Shown piece by piece: positions 24,131 through 37,619 of a DNA stretch of 64,000 bases. Under the pieces are notes generated by a model. That model was not told the DNA's origin and did no database searches. It saw only the letters and a program-made list of their open reading frames with translations. The stretch lies in the NCBI GenBank assembly GCA_030704615.1, contig CM060733.1, forward strand, positions 29,822,001-29,886,000. The letters run 5' to 3'. Numbering within the stretch: position 1 is the stretch's first letter; every line of letters begins with the position of its first letter. Made by a program: the position numbers and the translations under genes. The DNA is from Takakia lepidozioides (lineage: Eukaryota; Plantae; Bryophyta).

Positions 24131-24402
24131 GCAGGTATGACTGTCACACTGTTCACTATAATTGACAGACCATGACTTGCTATTAAAATAGATCGTATTT
24201 CGTGGGCATTGATATATACACTAACTCATGAATGCAGTGACTGGTTTAGAAATCGGGCTCTTGTTTGCTACGTTTTGATGATTATTTAAGACCATATTCC
24301 CCTATGCTTATTCTGGGAGAGAGTGCTGGTGACGCCGACAATATTATATCGAATGCGCGCACTTGCGCGCTATATATAAAGCCCAACGCCGCGCTATCAA
24401 AT

Positions 24403-24488
24403 GTGGCTTGCAGCGGTCTTCAGGCCCGAGTGGGTCCCGATCTACAGTAAGGTCACACCCCATTGGTGATGCAGTGGGCAACGTTTTT
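24403..24488 (+). ncRNA. Candidate Pol III small structured RNA (unknown family)
   Basis: TATA at 24371; GTGGCTT/AGGTCAC closing stem; GCCC-GAGT-GGGT hairpin; CCCATTG/CAGTGGG hairpin; TTTTT 24484-24488. USE only partial. Confidence 0.45.
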
Positions 24489-26391
24489 GTAAGAGGTAAA
24501 GCCCTCGCCCTTGGAACAGGGGTCGAAAATCCAGGAAAGTCCAAGGGCGAGGGCTTTACCTTTCGTAAGAACGAAGCTGCCCGTTTTCGAGACTGCCCGA
24601 TTTTCCTCCGCGTTGCCACTAGGGTTTCATTGTCACGTCATTGTAGCTCACTGCCCAAGTTTGAAAATTGTCTGCCCAATATTTAAAGAATAATAGATCC
24701 ATAACGTATGGGGGGACAGATTCCATAATCTGGGATTACGGCCCCCGTCCCAGTGCAAAATCCTGTAATCAAGTGCCAGGGAAAATTCCTGTCAGGGAAG
24801 CCCTAATTTTAACAAAGCCAAAAAATCTGAAGGTTGCGGTTATTTGATTTTTTTGCCTCAGAATTTTGTGTGGCCTCGTCATAATGAGGCCGCACGGTGC
24901 AGAGGGGACAGCGACCTGCCAGCGGGCCCCGCTACATTAAGACGATACCTATTGCCCTGTTTCTCTTATATATTGAAAAAACGTCAAATTCTCAGCAAGG
25001 TGGAGGTAGTGGTCTGGTGGTGCGTCGACGATGATTTAGCGAAGCAAGCCTCGGGTTCCATTCCCCAAACACAGCTCCTAGGGTTTGGCGCTTATTATAG
25101 CTACGTCCATGGAGGTAGTTTGTAACTACTCTCATGCAGGGGTTAGTTCAGCCTTGGTTTTGCAACTACCCGCATGGAGGTAGTTGTAAATTTCATATGC
25201 CAAAAAAGTTCCAAGTCCTCGGCATGAAGGTAGGTATGAAGGTAGGTTTGCTCCTATGTTAATGAGATGGTGGCCCCATCACCTGACCAACCTCATTACG
25301 ACAAGGCCACACAAAATTCTGAGCCTATTTTTTTGATATCAGGCGGTTACGGATGTTTCACTTTAACTTTGTATTCACATCCTCCGATTCCGGAGTTTTG
25401 GAGCTTTCTTATTTTTGTTATCCCGCCAATTAACAATAAATATAGAATTTAAGCCTATGCGGTTATGGACAAATGGGCTTTCTCTCTAGATGGCATCCGG
25501 CGGTTCAGTATCCGGTTATCAAACAAGTCATGGTTTACTTTAATGATGTAAAATAAATCAAAAATTAAAATCTAATGTAAAAATACTAATGAAAAATAAT
25601 AAAGTTATTTGTATCACAGTTTCATTAGGAGCTGAACCATAATCTGACCTAAATTATATCACAATTGAACATATTTGAGGTGTTCATCAACGTTATTCAA
25701 TCCCGTTATTCAATGGCCACATCGTTTATGTAACCATATAATCTGTTAGTAACCTCTGGTTAAAGGGAGGCTATAAAGGTTCATAAACTGCCTCTTGTGG
25801 GCCACTAGTTCCAGATCAAAACAAATATAAAAGAAAAACAAAACCACATGTTCTCAACCGAATCCGATTATATGAACATTTCATATCCGGCGGTTCCTAA
25901 TGGAGGCGGATATTTAAATTTCTGACCTCCGGCAGATCCACATATATATATCCGGGTTGGGATCTGCCGGGGGTTTGAGGCAGAATCAAATATCCGCCCA
26001 ACACTGGTTTTTACGTATAGGGGGAGTCCCCGCCACGAGGGTGTTCCGTTGTTTGAGGGTTCGTAGCCCGAGGGCGGAGCCCGAGGGTGTACTACCCGAA
26101 TACCAAGATATACCCGAGGGGTGGGGACTCCCGCTGCGTAAAGCCCTTTGTTTCTGCCTGGGGAGGTGCCCTACAAATACAAAGGCCCCCACCCACAGAA
26201 ACCCAACTTGGCTCGTCCACATGCATACGCAATATTAAAGAAAGACTTGCTCGGTAACAGCTCTTCCTGGTAATTGTACACTTGATTACATCCAATCACC
26301 GTGGGATACTTTGAACCCTTGACCACCTAGGTTATGCACAGGCAAGGCACAAACACCCAACCACTGGGTTACGTGCTCGAATGCATCAGGG

Positions 26392-26510
26392 TACCAACAA
26401 AATAATAATCCCGAGTGGATCCATGACCACCTCTTTTTCGAATGGGTTCCTCACGGGATTGAGCCACGAAACCCAACCTCCACATTCTCACAAATACTCA
26501 TAGTTGCCCA
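26392..26510 (+). repeat. Internally deleted copy of the cassette family
   Basis: TACCAACAAAATAATAATCCCGAGTGGATCC...GAAACCCAACC. Confidence 0.7.
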
Positions 26511-28559
26511 CGTTGATCATCCCCAACTCTCTTTCTGAGATCACGTGTGCATTTTACTGAACATACCTTCATCCTGAAGACCCCACTGTTGCTGTGATAC
26601 TAAAAGAGGGTGCCATGTCAAGCTTATTGTCTAACAACATTAGTAAACACTTCAAATACCAAGGCTACAGCAGTGGAAGAGAAAATAACCTTGGCTAGCT
26701 AATTTATTCCGTTTCTGTTTTGTTTCTACATGGTACTGTTTCCTGTTTCAGCTTGCCTCAATCCATCCCATGGAAGTGAATGTCATGCGCGCCTAGAGGA
26801 TTGCCTCATTTTGCTGAACACCTCCCAGTGGTGCCCTTTAGGCAAAAATCTGATTTGACATACGTCTGCGGGATTTCCACGTTAGTTGCTTGTACATGTG
26901 GCTATGGTGCCATTTCTTGTATTGCCCGGACTTGCAATTTCCGTACCTGTACTACTATGCTGCTGGTTCTATTGATATATATGACATGAAAGCAAAATAT
27001 AAACTTACATTCTGGCTATTAATACTATTGAGCTACTGTCACTTTCTTGCCTTGGCCTTCCTGCTACCGAACCGTGAACTACACTACCATCATAGAGAAA
27101 CCATCTCTCAGCACTCGCAAGCTCTCTCAATGACACCATTTCACACCATTGCACGAAGCCTCTTCAGTAACTTTATCCAAGAAAAGAGAGCTTCCCTCAC
27201 GTAGTATGTGTTAATTTATCTTTACCATGGCAGCTGTCAACCTAGCCATCAGCTATTAAACACCTTTAATAGAAGTAGGTGAAGTAATTCATTAATTTAG
27301 GCTGCAGTTTAGTAGATTCTTGATTTCATGGCTTTCACCACCCACTCTTGATGAGGGTTTGTAAACCCTTAACTTCCCAAGCTGAATTTTTTCACTCCCA
27401 AAAATTACCACCCCTTGGAACTACCGGGAGGCTAACCACCTACCACCATTCATCCAAAACAAATTGACCGTACACATACATGTCTACTTGGCCTTTACAC
27501 CATCTCCCCAAATTTTAGGAATTTCCACCGTGGAGTTTGAGAGATTATATTGTTTTTTTGGGGAGAATATATATATAGATATATCTTTTGGTTTGAAAAA
27601 AATCTTTATTTGCTTTGACCAAGCATGTTGAGGGCTTTTGAATTTTCCAAAAGGGTTACCCCACACCAACATTTTACTGCATATGTTGCTTTGTATGCGT
27701 TTCGGTGAGGGTTGACATGTCCATCCCTAGCAAGCACATTCAAGCCTAAAGCTTTCCTCCAAACCATGTCATTCCCAAAACCATAATTACACAAATCCCT
27801 GGTGAGGGCTGTCTTATAATGCCCATAAACATCAAGAAAATTTTCAAGCGGATCTATTGGTGAAAACCAAAATTCAAATAGGTGGAGTAGCACCGAACAA
27901 TTTTGGCATCAGTGGCGTGGTATGCTTCAATGGCCCGATGAAGGGGGCCACGTTTCTAGTAAACTCCCCTCCACCCAATAATTTTTTGACCCATTTCTCT
28001 TTAGAAAAATATGGAGGTCGCATGCCTCCTCCAAATGGCACACAATAAATTGGAGCAAGTGGGCGACCTCATGCGCTATAAATGCTCAGAAGGAATGAAT
28101 GTAAAAAAAGTTCATCTGCAAAAGTTAGGATGGTCCTCAAGATAGCGCGACCTAAAACGGGTCGCGTAGAAAGTTAAGGGTTAATTAGGCTGTTGACTTT
28201 TAGCTTGATAAATAGTGGGAACACACTAGACATAGGATGGGAGTTGAATGCGCACTTGCCAGCCTGCCGGTACGGTGGCGGGGGCTTGCCGGAGCCGGGA
28301 CGCCCTTGGCGGAGCCCGCAGTCAAATCCCCACCCCCGGGCCCTGCGCCGTGCCCTTATTGCTTGTATCATAGTACAAAAGATAAAAATTCTGAGGGGTT
28401 GTAAGAAAGCGGCGGGTAGCTTGGTGGCCGGGTGTGTTGACCATTATTGCGGGTTTGATGGGATCAAACCCGCCCATGGCGCTATGGAAATTGTATGTGA
28501 AAGGATTTGACTAAGGTACCATCAGTTTTTTGCATGTCCAAAAAATTTGTCCCTCAAGC

Positions 28560-28830
28560 GGATCTCCGCTCCCCTGTTTCCAATCGCCGCTCCCCTGTGT
28601 CCACCACTCCCCTGTGTTACTGCTCCCCGCCGCTCCCCTGTTATTGCTCCCCTGTTACTACTCTCGGCTCCCTTGTGTAGCTATTGCTCCCCTGTTTTAC
28701 TGCTTCGCCGCTCCAATAATAGGGGAGCGGAGGAATGGGGAGCAATAACAGGGGAGCAGGGGAGCGGGGAGCAATAACAGGGGAGAGGAAGAGCTGGGAA
28801 CATGGGATCGGCGGAGCGGGAACAGGGAAG
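28560..28830. repeat. Foldback-type inverted array (GCTCCCCTGTT / AACAGGGGAGC)
   Basis: Motif orientation flips near 28718. Confidence 0.7.
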
Positions 28831-28980
28831 TGCCGCAATGGGAGCATGGATTGTGGGACTCACAGCCAAACTTTTGCATAAGGTAAGCATAAGGGAGGTG
28901 AAGGACATCGAGGCACTTTTCGTGCATTTTTCGTCAAAAATGTAGGGACCCAGCCGACGGTTTGGTTACAAGCGTGCCTT

Positions 28981-31284
28981 TTGAGTCAAGCACGGTCCAA
29001 GAAACACACAGTATGCAATCGATGCTACAAGCGTGGTCACTGGGCCAAAGGTTGTGGTGTTCCCTACGACGAGGTCCTCAAACTTTGTGCCCAACAAGTC
29101 AATTTGCTTGAGGATGATAGCAACGATGACTATGATGATTCCAACTCTGAAATCATCGAAGCTGCACTAGTAGCGGTGGATTAACTAAATGAGAAGGAGG
29201 AGGTCCTTTCGGCAGAGTATGCTGAGAATGTATGATTCATTGACTTTGGCGCTAGTATGCATGTTATTGGCAACTCAAGCCAATTCATGATATTGTAGCA
29301 ACTGGAAGGTCATACCGTGTGAGGTCAGCCGGTGGGATGCACATAATGTTCAAGGCAAGGATCACACCAAAATGAGGCTCAATGGATCAATAAAGAAGAT
29401 CTCAAATGTGTGTTTGGTATGACGATAAACTTGTTTTCTGTGGGGGCCATGACTCATAGTGGTCATTTGGCTGTATTTCATTCTAGGAAATGTTTGTTCC
29501 TAGATACAAAGGATCTCAGTAGAGTCATTGCTCAAGGAATCAGAGATAAAGCAAATGGCTTTTATAAGCTTGACACCATGCTAACAAACTCCGCTACAAA
29601 CAGATTTTGCTTGATAGAGAATCAATATTTGAAGCAAACACATGTGACACTGAAATTACTTAGGATACACTCAAGACAGTTAGACTCTAGGATAGGCGAT
29701 TGGGCAACTTGAACTTTCATGGATTACATGCTCTCACCGGCCTTAATAGAGCTGAGGGAGCACCTCGCTTGCCATTGCTTTTAGAAACATGCAAGGGACG
29801 TCTACTTGGAAGACAGTAGAGGGAACAATTTCCAAAGCAAACAGAGCACAGGGTCGAGAATATACTTGAATTAATTCACACTAACTTATGTGGACCACTC
29901 CAAGTTTCTTCTTTAACCGGGTCAACGTATTTATGGCCATTACAGACGACTTTAGTCGCTACACATAGATCTATTTCGTCAAGAAGAAAGACAAAGGTTT
30001 GCAAGCATTCAAGAAATTTCGACTCATGATTGAAATTGCCACAGAGAAGAAAGTGAAGTACATTTGGACAAATCGAGGTGGTGAATTCATGTCAAGTGAA
30101 ATTACCACCTATCTTGAGTCTACAAACTCGGCAGCTTACACAGCCACACACTCCACAACAAAACGGTGTCTCGGGACGTAAGAACAAGACTCTCCTTGAG
30201 AGGGCAAGGAGCATGCTACTGGAGACCGGTCTTCCAAAAAGTCTTTGGTTAGAGGCAGTTAATACAGCTGCCTACCTGATAAATGTAAGTCCACCAGCTA
30301 CGAATTTTGGCATAACACCATTCCATGAATTATCGGGTACAAAGCCTAATATAGGGCACCTTCGTTTATTTGGTAGTACTTCATTTGTTCATGTACTTGA
30401 CAAACAGTATAGGGATCATAAGTTTGATTCTATGTCCATTGAGTGCATTCTCGTTGGGTATGATATTGAGACTAAGGGGTATAGATTGTTTAACCCAACA
30501 ACAAGAAAGGTATTCAAAGTAGGGAGGTTAAGTTTATAGAGAAACTACCTGCTTATGAAGATCAGTCTGCTATTCGGATGCAAACTCACCGGTCCTGATC
30601 AATCCAATGTCGAGTCGCTGCAAGCTGGCCCTCCCGTTGCTCTAAGTGATCATCTTCCCGAACCAGTCTCTCCTCCTAGTAGAGATCTTCACGTTGACCT
30701 ACTGTGTGAGCTCTGAGCTATTGTTTGAAACAAGCTCCTAGAGCTTGGTATGCCAAGATAGACACATATCTTAAGTGATAGGTCTTGATAGGTCTTATGT
30801 AGATTATAACCTCTATTTTCTCAAGGAAAATGGGCTGATAGTGTTATTCATCCTCTATGTCAACGACCTACTTCTAACAGGCAGCCATACAACAAAGATA
30901 ACCTGGCTACCCGTGGGACCAACTCAAGCTTCAGTATGACATGACTGATCAAGTAGGCTTTATTCAAGGGTTTACCTTGCAGCTGAGTTCCTTAATCTTG
31001 ATGAGGGCATAATGATCGCTCAGAGAGGGTATGTTAGACAGATGCTTGAGGAATTTGGTTTCTCAAACTGCAATCCTCACTCTGTGCCTATGATTGAAAA
31101 TTTAAAGTTAACGCTGGATATGGGCACACTTCCCTCTGATGAGACCAAATATCGAAGGAAAGTGGGCAAGCCGGTTTATTTGATGAACACTAGACCTGAT
31201 TTGGTGTTCCTTGTTGGAGTAGTGAATCGGTACTTAGAAATCCCACAGAACTCTCAAAACACAGTAATAAGGTCCTGGCATTGA
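28981..31284 (+). mobile_element. Ty1/Copia remnant, heavily degenerate, related to the 18-21 kb element
   Basis: CNRCYKRGHWAKGC; TPQQNGVS; WLEAVNTAAYLIN; YLMNTRPDL. Confidence 0.88.
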
Positions 31285-32084
31285 GATCACATGATGAATT
31301 TTTAACATTATTTTTCAATTCAAACCGTATGGAAGCCGCATAGCATGGAGTGACCCGTCAATCACATGCCCTGTATGAGAGATGAAGATACAACTGACCA
31401 TCTCGTGCATGTTGCATGCATGCTCGCTCTTCAATGTCACATGATAAGAGACAGTGTAACTATATACTGCCCATTGCGTATCAGGTAAAGTTCCTCGTTC
31501 ATTGAGGCGGACGCCAGAGATTACAAAAATACAAGGGTAGATCTAATATATGAAATGTAATGTAATTATGTAACGAAAACGAAGCAAGAAACAAGAAAAC
31601 GCGAACAAAAAACAACGAGGGAGCCAGAAGAAGCCCAAAAGCTGCAACTACTACTCAAGGGTCAAGCTTCGTACATGTAAGCTGCCAAGCGTTTATGATC
31701 CAAGACTTCTGTGAGAGATTGGGTTTCACGGAATAGACATTTGGATCTCCCACGGATCCCAAGACTCATAGTAAAGAGGGCAATAAATGAAGAAGTGTTC
31801 TTCAGTTTCGATACACCAGTTGTGCTCGGTGCATGCTAGTAGAGAAGGAAATTTTGATCTTATGATGTCCGTGGAAAGAGTGATCTAGGAGAAGGTGGTG
31901 GATATCTGAGATCGGGTCCTTTATGTGCACGTGAAAAGCGCTAGTGATGTCATCAACCACAGGGTAATTACCTTGAGAATAAACTTGTGAATATATCGAC
32001 TGGAATAAAGTTGTACATATCGATAGACCTGATGGACCCCATGATTGCTGTAGTAGATTGATGGTAAGAAGCATGGATCTAAAT

Positions 32085-32490
32085 ACCTAGTTGGAGGATA
32101 CATAGATCCATCCTGCTTGTGCATTTGCAACATGAAGTCAGCAAGTTTTTGAACAAAGCCTTTGATATCTGCTTCTTCAGAGAGGTCTTCGATGGTTTTC
32201 TCAATACCATAACAAAAATGCTTACACCAGGCACTGAAGCAGTACGTGCCCAAGCCTCCGTTGCTTTGCTACGATGCCTACCACCTTTCTCGACATTGGC
32301 GACCTCTGCTTCATCCAACTTACCCCACCTATCAGCACCCACACGTCCCTTAGTACGCCCCTGGATATTCGCAACAAGATTTCCTCCACGGAACCAAAAA
32401 CCAAAGAAGAATCGACAGGTGAATCTTCAAAAACTTTGTTCGCATCAACCAGGGAACTGAAGTTCTTTGCAGGCTCTACATTTGACAATC
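32085..32490 (-). pseudogene. Crypton/DUF3504-type tyrosine recombinase, N-terminal fragment
   Basis: SKATEAWART..AWC...LADFMLQMHKQDGSMYPPT resembles the L..F....K.DG..YPP.T motif; catalytic part not seen. Confidence 0.5.
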
Positions 32491-32700
32491 TAGATTCATG
32501 ATCATATATTTACCCTTGAACCTTCAGATTGCAAAGCCTCAATATCTCCAGCCGTTACGTTCACAAAACCGTATCATGTCCCTGGGAATTCGAACCTGTG
32601 ACAAGCTTGGCGGAGCGTTGTAGGGTTTAGCTCTATCCGACGGCTGTCTTGGGAGAAGACGGAGCTGTCACGTGAAGAAGCAGGTGGTGGCAGTTCTAAG

Positions 32701-33600
32701 TGATCAGGATAAAGGCTACATATGAAAAAGATAGAGAAGTGTACATAGAGGAGATTAGGGATCTCTCTTCTTTTTGCTTTTCTCTAGACGATAGGATAGG
32801 CTCCTTGTAGATATTGATTGTGCGAGGAGATAGAATGACATGATCGAGAAAATGCATACGATCGGTGAAGAAAAAAAGATACAGAAACAGACGCATGGTG
32901 TGGCGGATGGGAGGACTGGATGTCTTCCAGTACCATGTGCATGTGCAGCTGCTAGAAATGTGTGATAGTTTAGTTGATGCTTGTGGTCGCTGGAATTGGA
33001 GATAGTTGTTTATATGAAGCACTGGGTTGCAGCCAGCTGTGTTGGAATACGAGCACGATCATGCCTGTCAAGAGCGGCGATGATCTGTAAATTCGTTCTT
33101 TTGCAAGGAATTGAGCTCTTGGGCTCTTTGCTAGTCTGCTCATGATGGAACTGTTTGCAGGATGCAGAAAAGTGAAGTTGAAATTCCAAAGTTACAGGCG
33201 ATACAGGGCAGAAAGAAAGTGAACGTACCTTGAATCACGGTATGCCAGAAATAGAACGATCTCACGGTGAAGTAAGAAATTCAGTTCGACTGGACAAGAA
33301 AAGAAGAAGAAAGGCATATCGTGAGAAAGAGAAATTAGCATAGAGGAATGTAACAATTTGGTATCAGAGCAGATTTCGAGCTCTAGGATTTGTGGTTTAT
33401 GAGCCAGCTGACATTCGGCCCTTGAAGCTCGTTGCTTCAGTGGGATACAATCTCCAAAGATAGAAGTAATATATCTCCAAGGTCGATGGAGGGAGAGACA
33501 AGCCATACACAGGTCGCGGCTAAGAAAACATAGGGGAATGTTGTGCCAGAAGAACTTATCACCATGAGAGCAACAGATTTGGCATCTGCACCAAATTTGT
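32701..33600 (+). mobile_element. LTR plus tRNA-iMet PBS of a truncated LTR retrotransposon
   Basis: ...TAACA at 33355 then TGGTATCAGAGC 33359-33370; LTR start uncertain. Confidence 0.6.
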
Positions 33601-33874
33601 CTCGATTAATATTTTGAGTCCTACCAACAAATAATAATCCCTAATCAAATGTTCTACAGGATGAAAGCTGAACCTACACTAAAACTCCATCCTCTATTAT
33701 TCTACCGTCGTACACCCTAAATCGAACAGAAGCTCTGGCATATTATTACTTCAATGGGTGTAATCAGGTGTACAATCGTCAGGAATAGTTGTTACGGAGC
33801 GTGTTTTTCTTTACTACTGCATATGCATGTGTCCAGGTTGGTTTTTGTGGGTGGGGCCCTAAGAGGTCCGTTCC

Positions 33875-33955
33875 AAAAATATCCTACCCTGTGAAGCGTG
33901 AGGTAGGGTGACCCTACGACGTACCCAGTCGGGTCTGAATATCGCGGCAGGTCAC
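33875..33955 (-). ncRNA. Candidate Pol III small structured RNA (same family)
   Basis: USE 34025-34015; 27-nt spacer; TATAAA at 33987; GTGACC/GGTCAC stem; ACCC-GACT-GGGT; CCTACC/GGTAGG; T5. Confidence 0.5.
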
Positions 33956-36226
33956 AACTAACTGTGTGGCATGGCGCTTGATTTATAGCGCGCAAGTGCG
34001 GGGCTCCGGGCATTCGATATGGGATTATTAGTTTCTTCGTAGCACGTCGAAATTAAATTCTTGCTTGCAATTTTTTAGATTGGGGGTTCCGTCTTTGACG
34101 CAATCGCATATCAAACTGAAAGCGATTTGAGTGTCCGCTGTTGCATTTCTACGAACGCAGCCGTAAATCCAAAATGTGAACTCTTTCAGAATTTTCTTCA
34201 CCATTTTCAACTCCTCCAGGGCTTCTTACGTTCATCTAAGTTCAGCCAGAAGACGGCCGGCTTCATTTACAGAGCCGTCACCATAGATTTGTAATGCATG
34301 ATCTGCAGTACTTGCTACCGGATTGTGCTTTATCGAACAAAACATTTTAGTTTTACTTCTGTAAAGATTACCAGCGCATGATGACACCAGGATGAAACCA
34401 CACTGTAAGCCAAGACTATCACCTAAAGGAACGAACTGAGGAACACCCAAACCCTGAAAGGCTGAAAGCCCGTGAAAAAGCCAGAACATTAACCAGGTCG
34501 TCTACAGTGAATCAATAAATATAAGCTGAAACTTGGAAGCAGTGCCCTCCTTGGAATGCCTCCATTTGGGGAGAAAATGAAACGTTATGGTGGGGGGGGC
34601 GATGGGGGCCTTCCCATCCTGAACGAAGGTCGGACTAAAAGCTTGCAGAATTTGGGCGAATAACCATTCATTAGTCCTGTGCTCTCCCTTGCCTCAAGAC
34701 TCCTTGAATCTGCTAAAGATGGAATAATGAGTCTGATGTCCAACATTTCCCTCTAGGGGCCCAGACTTTCCAAGCTTCTTAATGCGCTTAGAAAAAATCA
34801 GGCCCATCAAAGCAGATATGGATAGGATTTCTCTACGCAGTTACACCTCGTTCTTTATATGTTAGGCTTCTATAAGATTGTTTCAAACAACAGGTTAAAT
34901 TCCCAAATAATAATTAAGAAGGCTGGCTAAAGGTCTCCTAGTTGTTACTTTTTAATTGAATGTTCTGTCTCTATATAGAACATTTTACAAAGATGAAAAT
35001 TTTCAATCATATATAAAGTGTTATGGAGGTTAGTTGAAGGTGAAATACACAAATGAATAATTGTTTTCAGGACTTCATTTGCAAGCGCTTTCTCATATTT
35101 TGAGTGAAACTGGCCTGAAACTGGTATGGAATTACCCCATTTCACTTTATTGAGCTGACCAGAAAGAGGAGCCTGCAGTGTGAAAGTAAGCATGGCGCAC
35201 AGAGGTTTATTACAGCACTGGAGAAGGAATGAGAAAGGAATATGCAGAAGTTCGTACTCAGTGCCCATTAGCTAGCACAACAGGTCAGGTTTGCATGAAG
35301 CAGGGCCAGAATACGAAGGCCACCAGAGCCCTGAGGATTCCGGACTGGCGCCAATATTCGATACAAACTTGCGGATGATTGCCTTCGTCTCTTGGGTAAG
35401 CTTGGGAGAGGGGTGCCAAATTGCAGTCAGATACCAAAGAGAGGTGAGAAGGATCTTAATTTCGATAGAGGACTCTGCTGGGTATAGAGAGGCGCCTTAA
35501 CTCGATCGTGCGTAAGCTCACCTTTAATTTTGGTACAACGCTTGGGAAATTCTCTCATCTCAGTCGAAATTGGGCGACCTAGTGGTGATCTGGAGGGGAA
35601 CATTTAAAACTGTGAATGTGGTCTTGTATCACCATCTTCCTTGATCGAAGATTAAAGTCTCCAGGGTGATCATGTCATGGCCAACGCAAGAGGATAAGCG
35701 TGGTGACTCCTTGGACCCCGACTTACAGGCTTCCGATATCTATAAACTAAATAGCAAGGAAGTGCATTGAACGTTCTATTTGTCGCCAAGACTGTCTCAT
35801 AAGATTGGGTTCTACCTGAGCAGAATTCTGCGTGCAGCATAATTACACATATTATTACGGATGTCATCATTATCAAACCAAGCGCAGATGCAACCAATCG
35901 AACCGGCCAGCTTTACGTTGCTTGGAAGCCCCTTGAACAGTGTAAAGTACAGTGTATTGCGAACAAAATGTACAAGGTGAAGCGGGGTCGTCAAAGCCTC
36001 GATATAATTAGCCTCTAAGCATAGTTGGGCTGCCATGTGTGTCTTTTCCAGCCCTTGGTAGGGCACGGTTGTCATATGAAATGAGTTATGGGTTCTTCGC
36101 TGGGCGCAATGGGTTGGACACAAAAAGAATTTACATATATAGAATCCTTCGAAATCAAGGCAGTACGTGGACGAGAATGCTGTCCAGGTTGGGTTCTGTG
36201 GGTGGGGCCCCAAGAGGCCCCGTTCC

Positions 36227-36315
36227 AAAAACATCAAGTACCCATAATCAACAAATGGGGAGTGACCTTACTATAGATCGGGACCCACTCGGGCCTGAAG
36301 ACCGCTGCAGGCCAC
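36227..36315 (-). ncRNA. Candidate Pol III small structured RNA (same family)
   Basis: USE 36385-36375; 27-nt spacer; TATATATAAA at 36347; core nearly identical to the 24403 copy; different 3' hairpin; T5. Confidence 0.5.
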
Positions 36316-37013
36316 ATTATAAAGCGCGGCGTGGCGCTTTATATATAGCGCGCAAGTGCGCGACTGCGGGCATTCGATATGGGATTATAAGTTTCTTCGT
36401 AGGATGGTCTAATTTATTGCTTGCAATTCATCAGATTGCATGCAACTGGTCTATTATGTGTAGGGGAAGGCCCCTGCCCGAGGCTGGCAGCCCTAAAATC
36501 GTGGAATGCCAGCGGGCAGGGGCCTTCCCGAACGTGAAGAACGGCTCAGAATTTTTTTCCAATCTGCAGAATGTTCCTCCAATTTGAGCGGGAGTATTTC
36601 GAGGCATATTATGAGGGACCCTGAAAAATTCTGGGCAGTTCTACAGGAATCGGTCATGCTTGCAAGCAAGTTCTCGGTCTATTGAACATGCGCAATAAAA
36701 CCGTTCCTGAATAACATTATTGTTGTGCGGAAATTAAAGGTTGCGCGGGCTCTACAAAATAGTCTACTGGTAGATTATTGTGTGTGCCGTAGTTTCTTCG
36801 TATACATACGTTCTCGATCTTTTTACATTTTTCTGGACGTGATCCGTGTAGCATTGTTTTGTTAGCTTATGTGCTCTCTCTCATTGCTTATCCAACTAAC
36901 CGTCATAAATATCTGTTCAAGTATTAATGCAGGCTTATATGAGTATAAGAACAGGAAGAAAGTCGTGAAAGGACCTTTGGCCTTTTCATATGAGCTATTC
37001 TGACTTTGGGCCG

Positions 37014-37420
37014 ACACCAGCATGTAGTCGAGTGGTAATGGGCACATACCACATTGGATGTGGTTGTGGGTTCAAACCACTCTCTACTGTGTCATGAAGG
37101 TGTCCACCTTCCTGTTGGAAGGCAGTAGCCCTTTGGGGTCAAGTGACACCATAAGTTACCCTCCCTTCGGGAGGCCTCCTACTTTATGTGTTTTTATTTT
37201 ATTTTTTGACTTCGGGCCTCACACTTCCTATTCTGAGTGAGTACTTGGCTAAGTAAGTAGTTGAAACCATGGCTCTCTGAATGGCTATGGCTACAGTATA
37301 AATCGTAGGTTGAGGCTTTAGAAGCGCAACACGTGGCCTTGTTATGCCGGCTAAATCCTGCCTATGAAGGATTACGTCAATAAAGTCCGGAATCAGCGAA
37401 GCTCCCCCTTTTTTTATTTA
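37014..37420 (+). repeat. tRNA-derived SINE-like element
   Basis: A box TAGTCGAGTGG, B box GGTTCAAACC, AATAAA and T-rich end; extent uncertain. Confidence 0.4.
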
Positions 37421-37619
37421 TCCTTCGTAATACTAAACTTTGCTTCGCCCTTCAACTTATGTTTTAATGCGTTCACTTCCTGGAAAAAAAAAGACGATTT
37501 GTGGATGACCAATCATTTTTCAAATCTCTGATAGCTACTTTACCAAAATGGATACATCAATTTCAAAGATCAAAACATGAAAATATATTATATACCAATC
37601 CTGATAGTATCCACCTTAC

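Noticed and set aside
34028-35500. Possible host gene fragments on the minus strand
   Set aside because: No recognisable domain or supportable exon chain.
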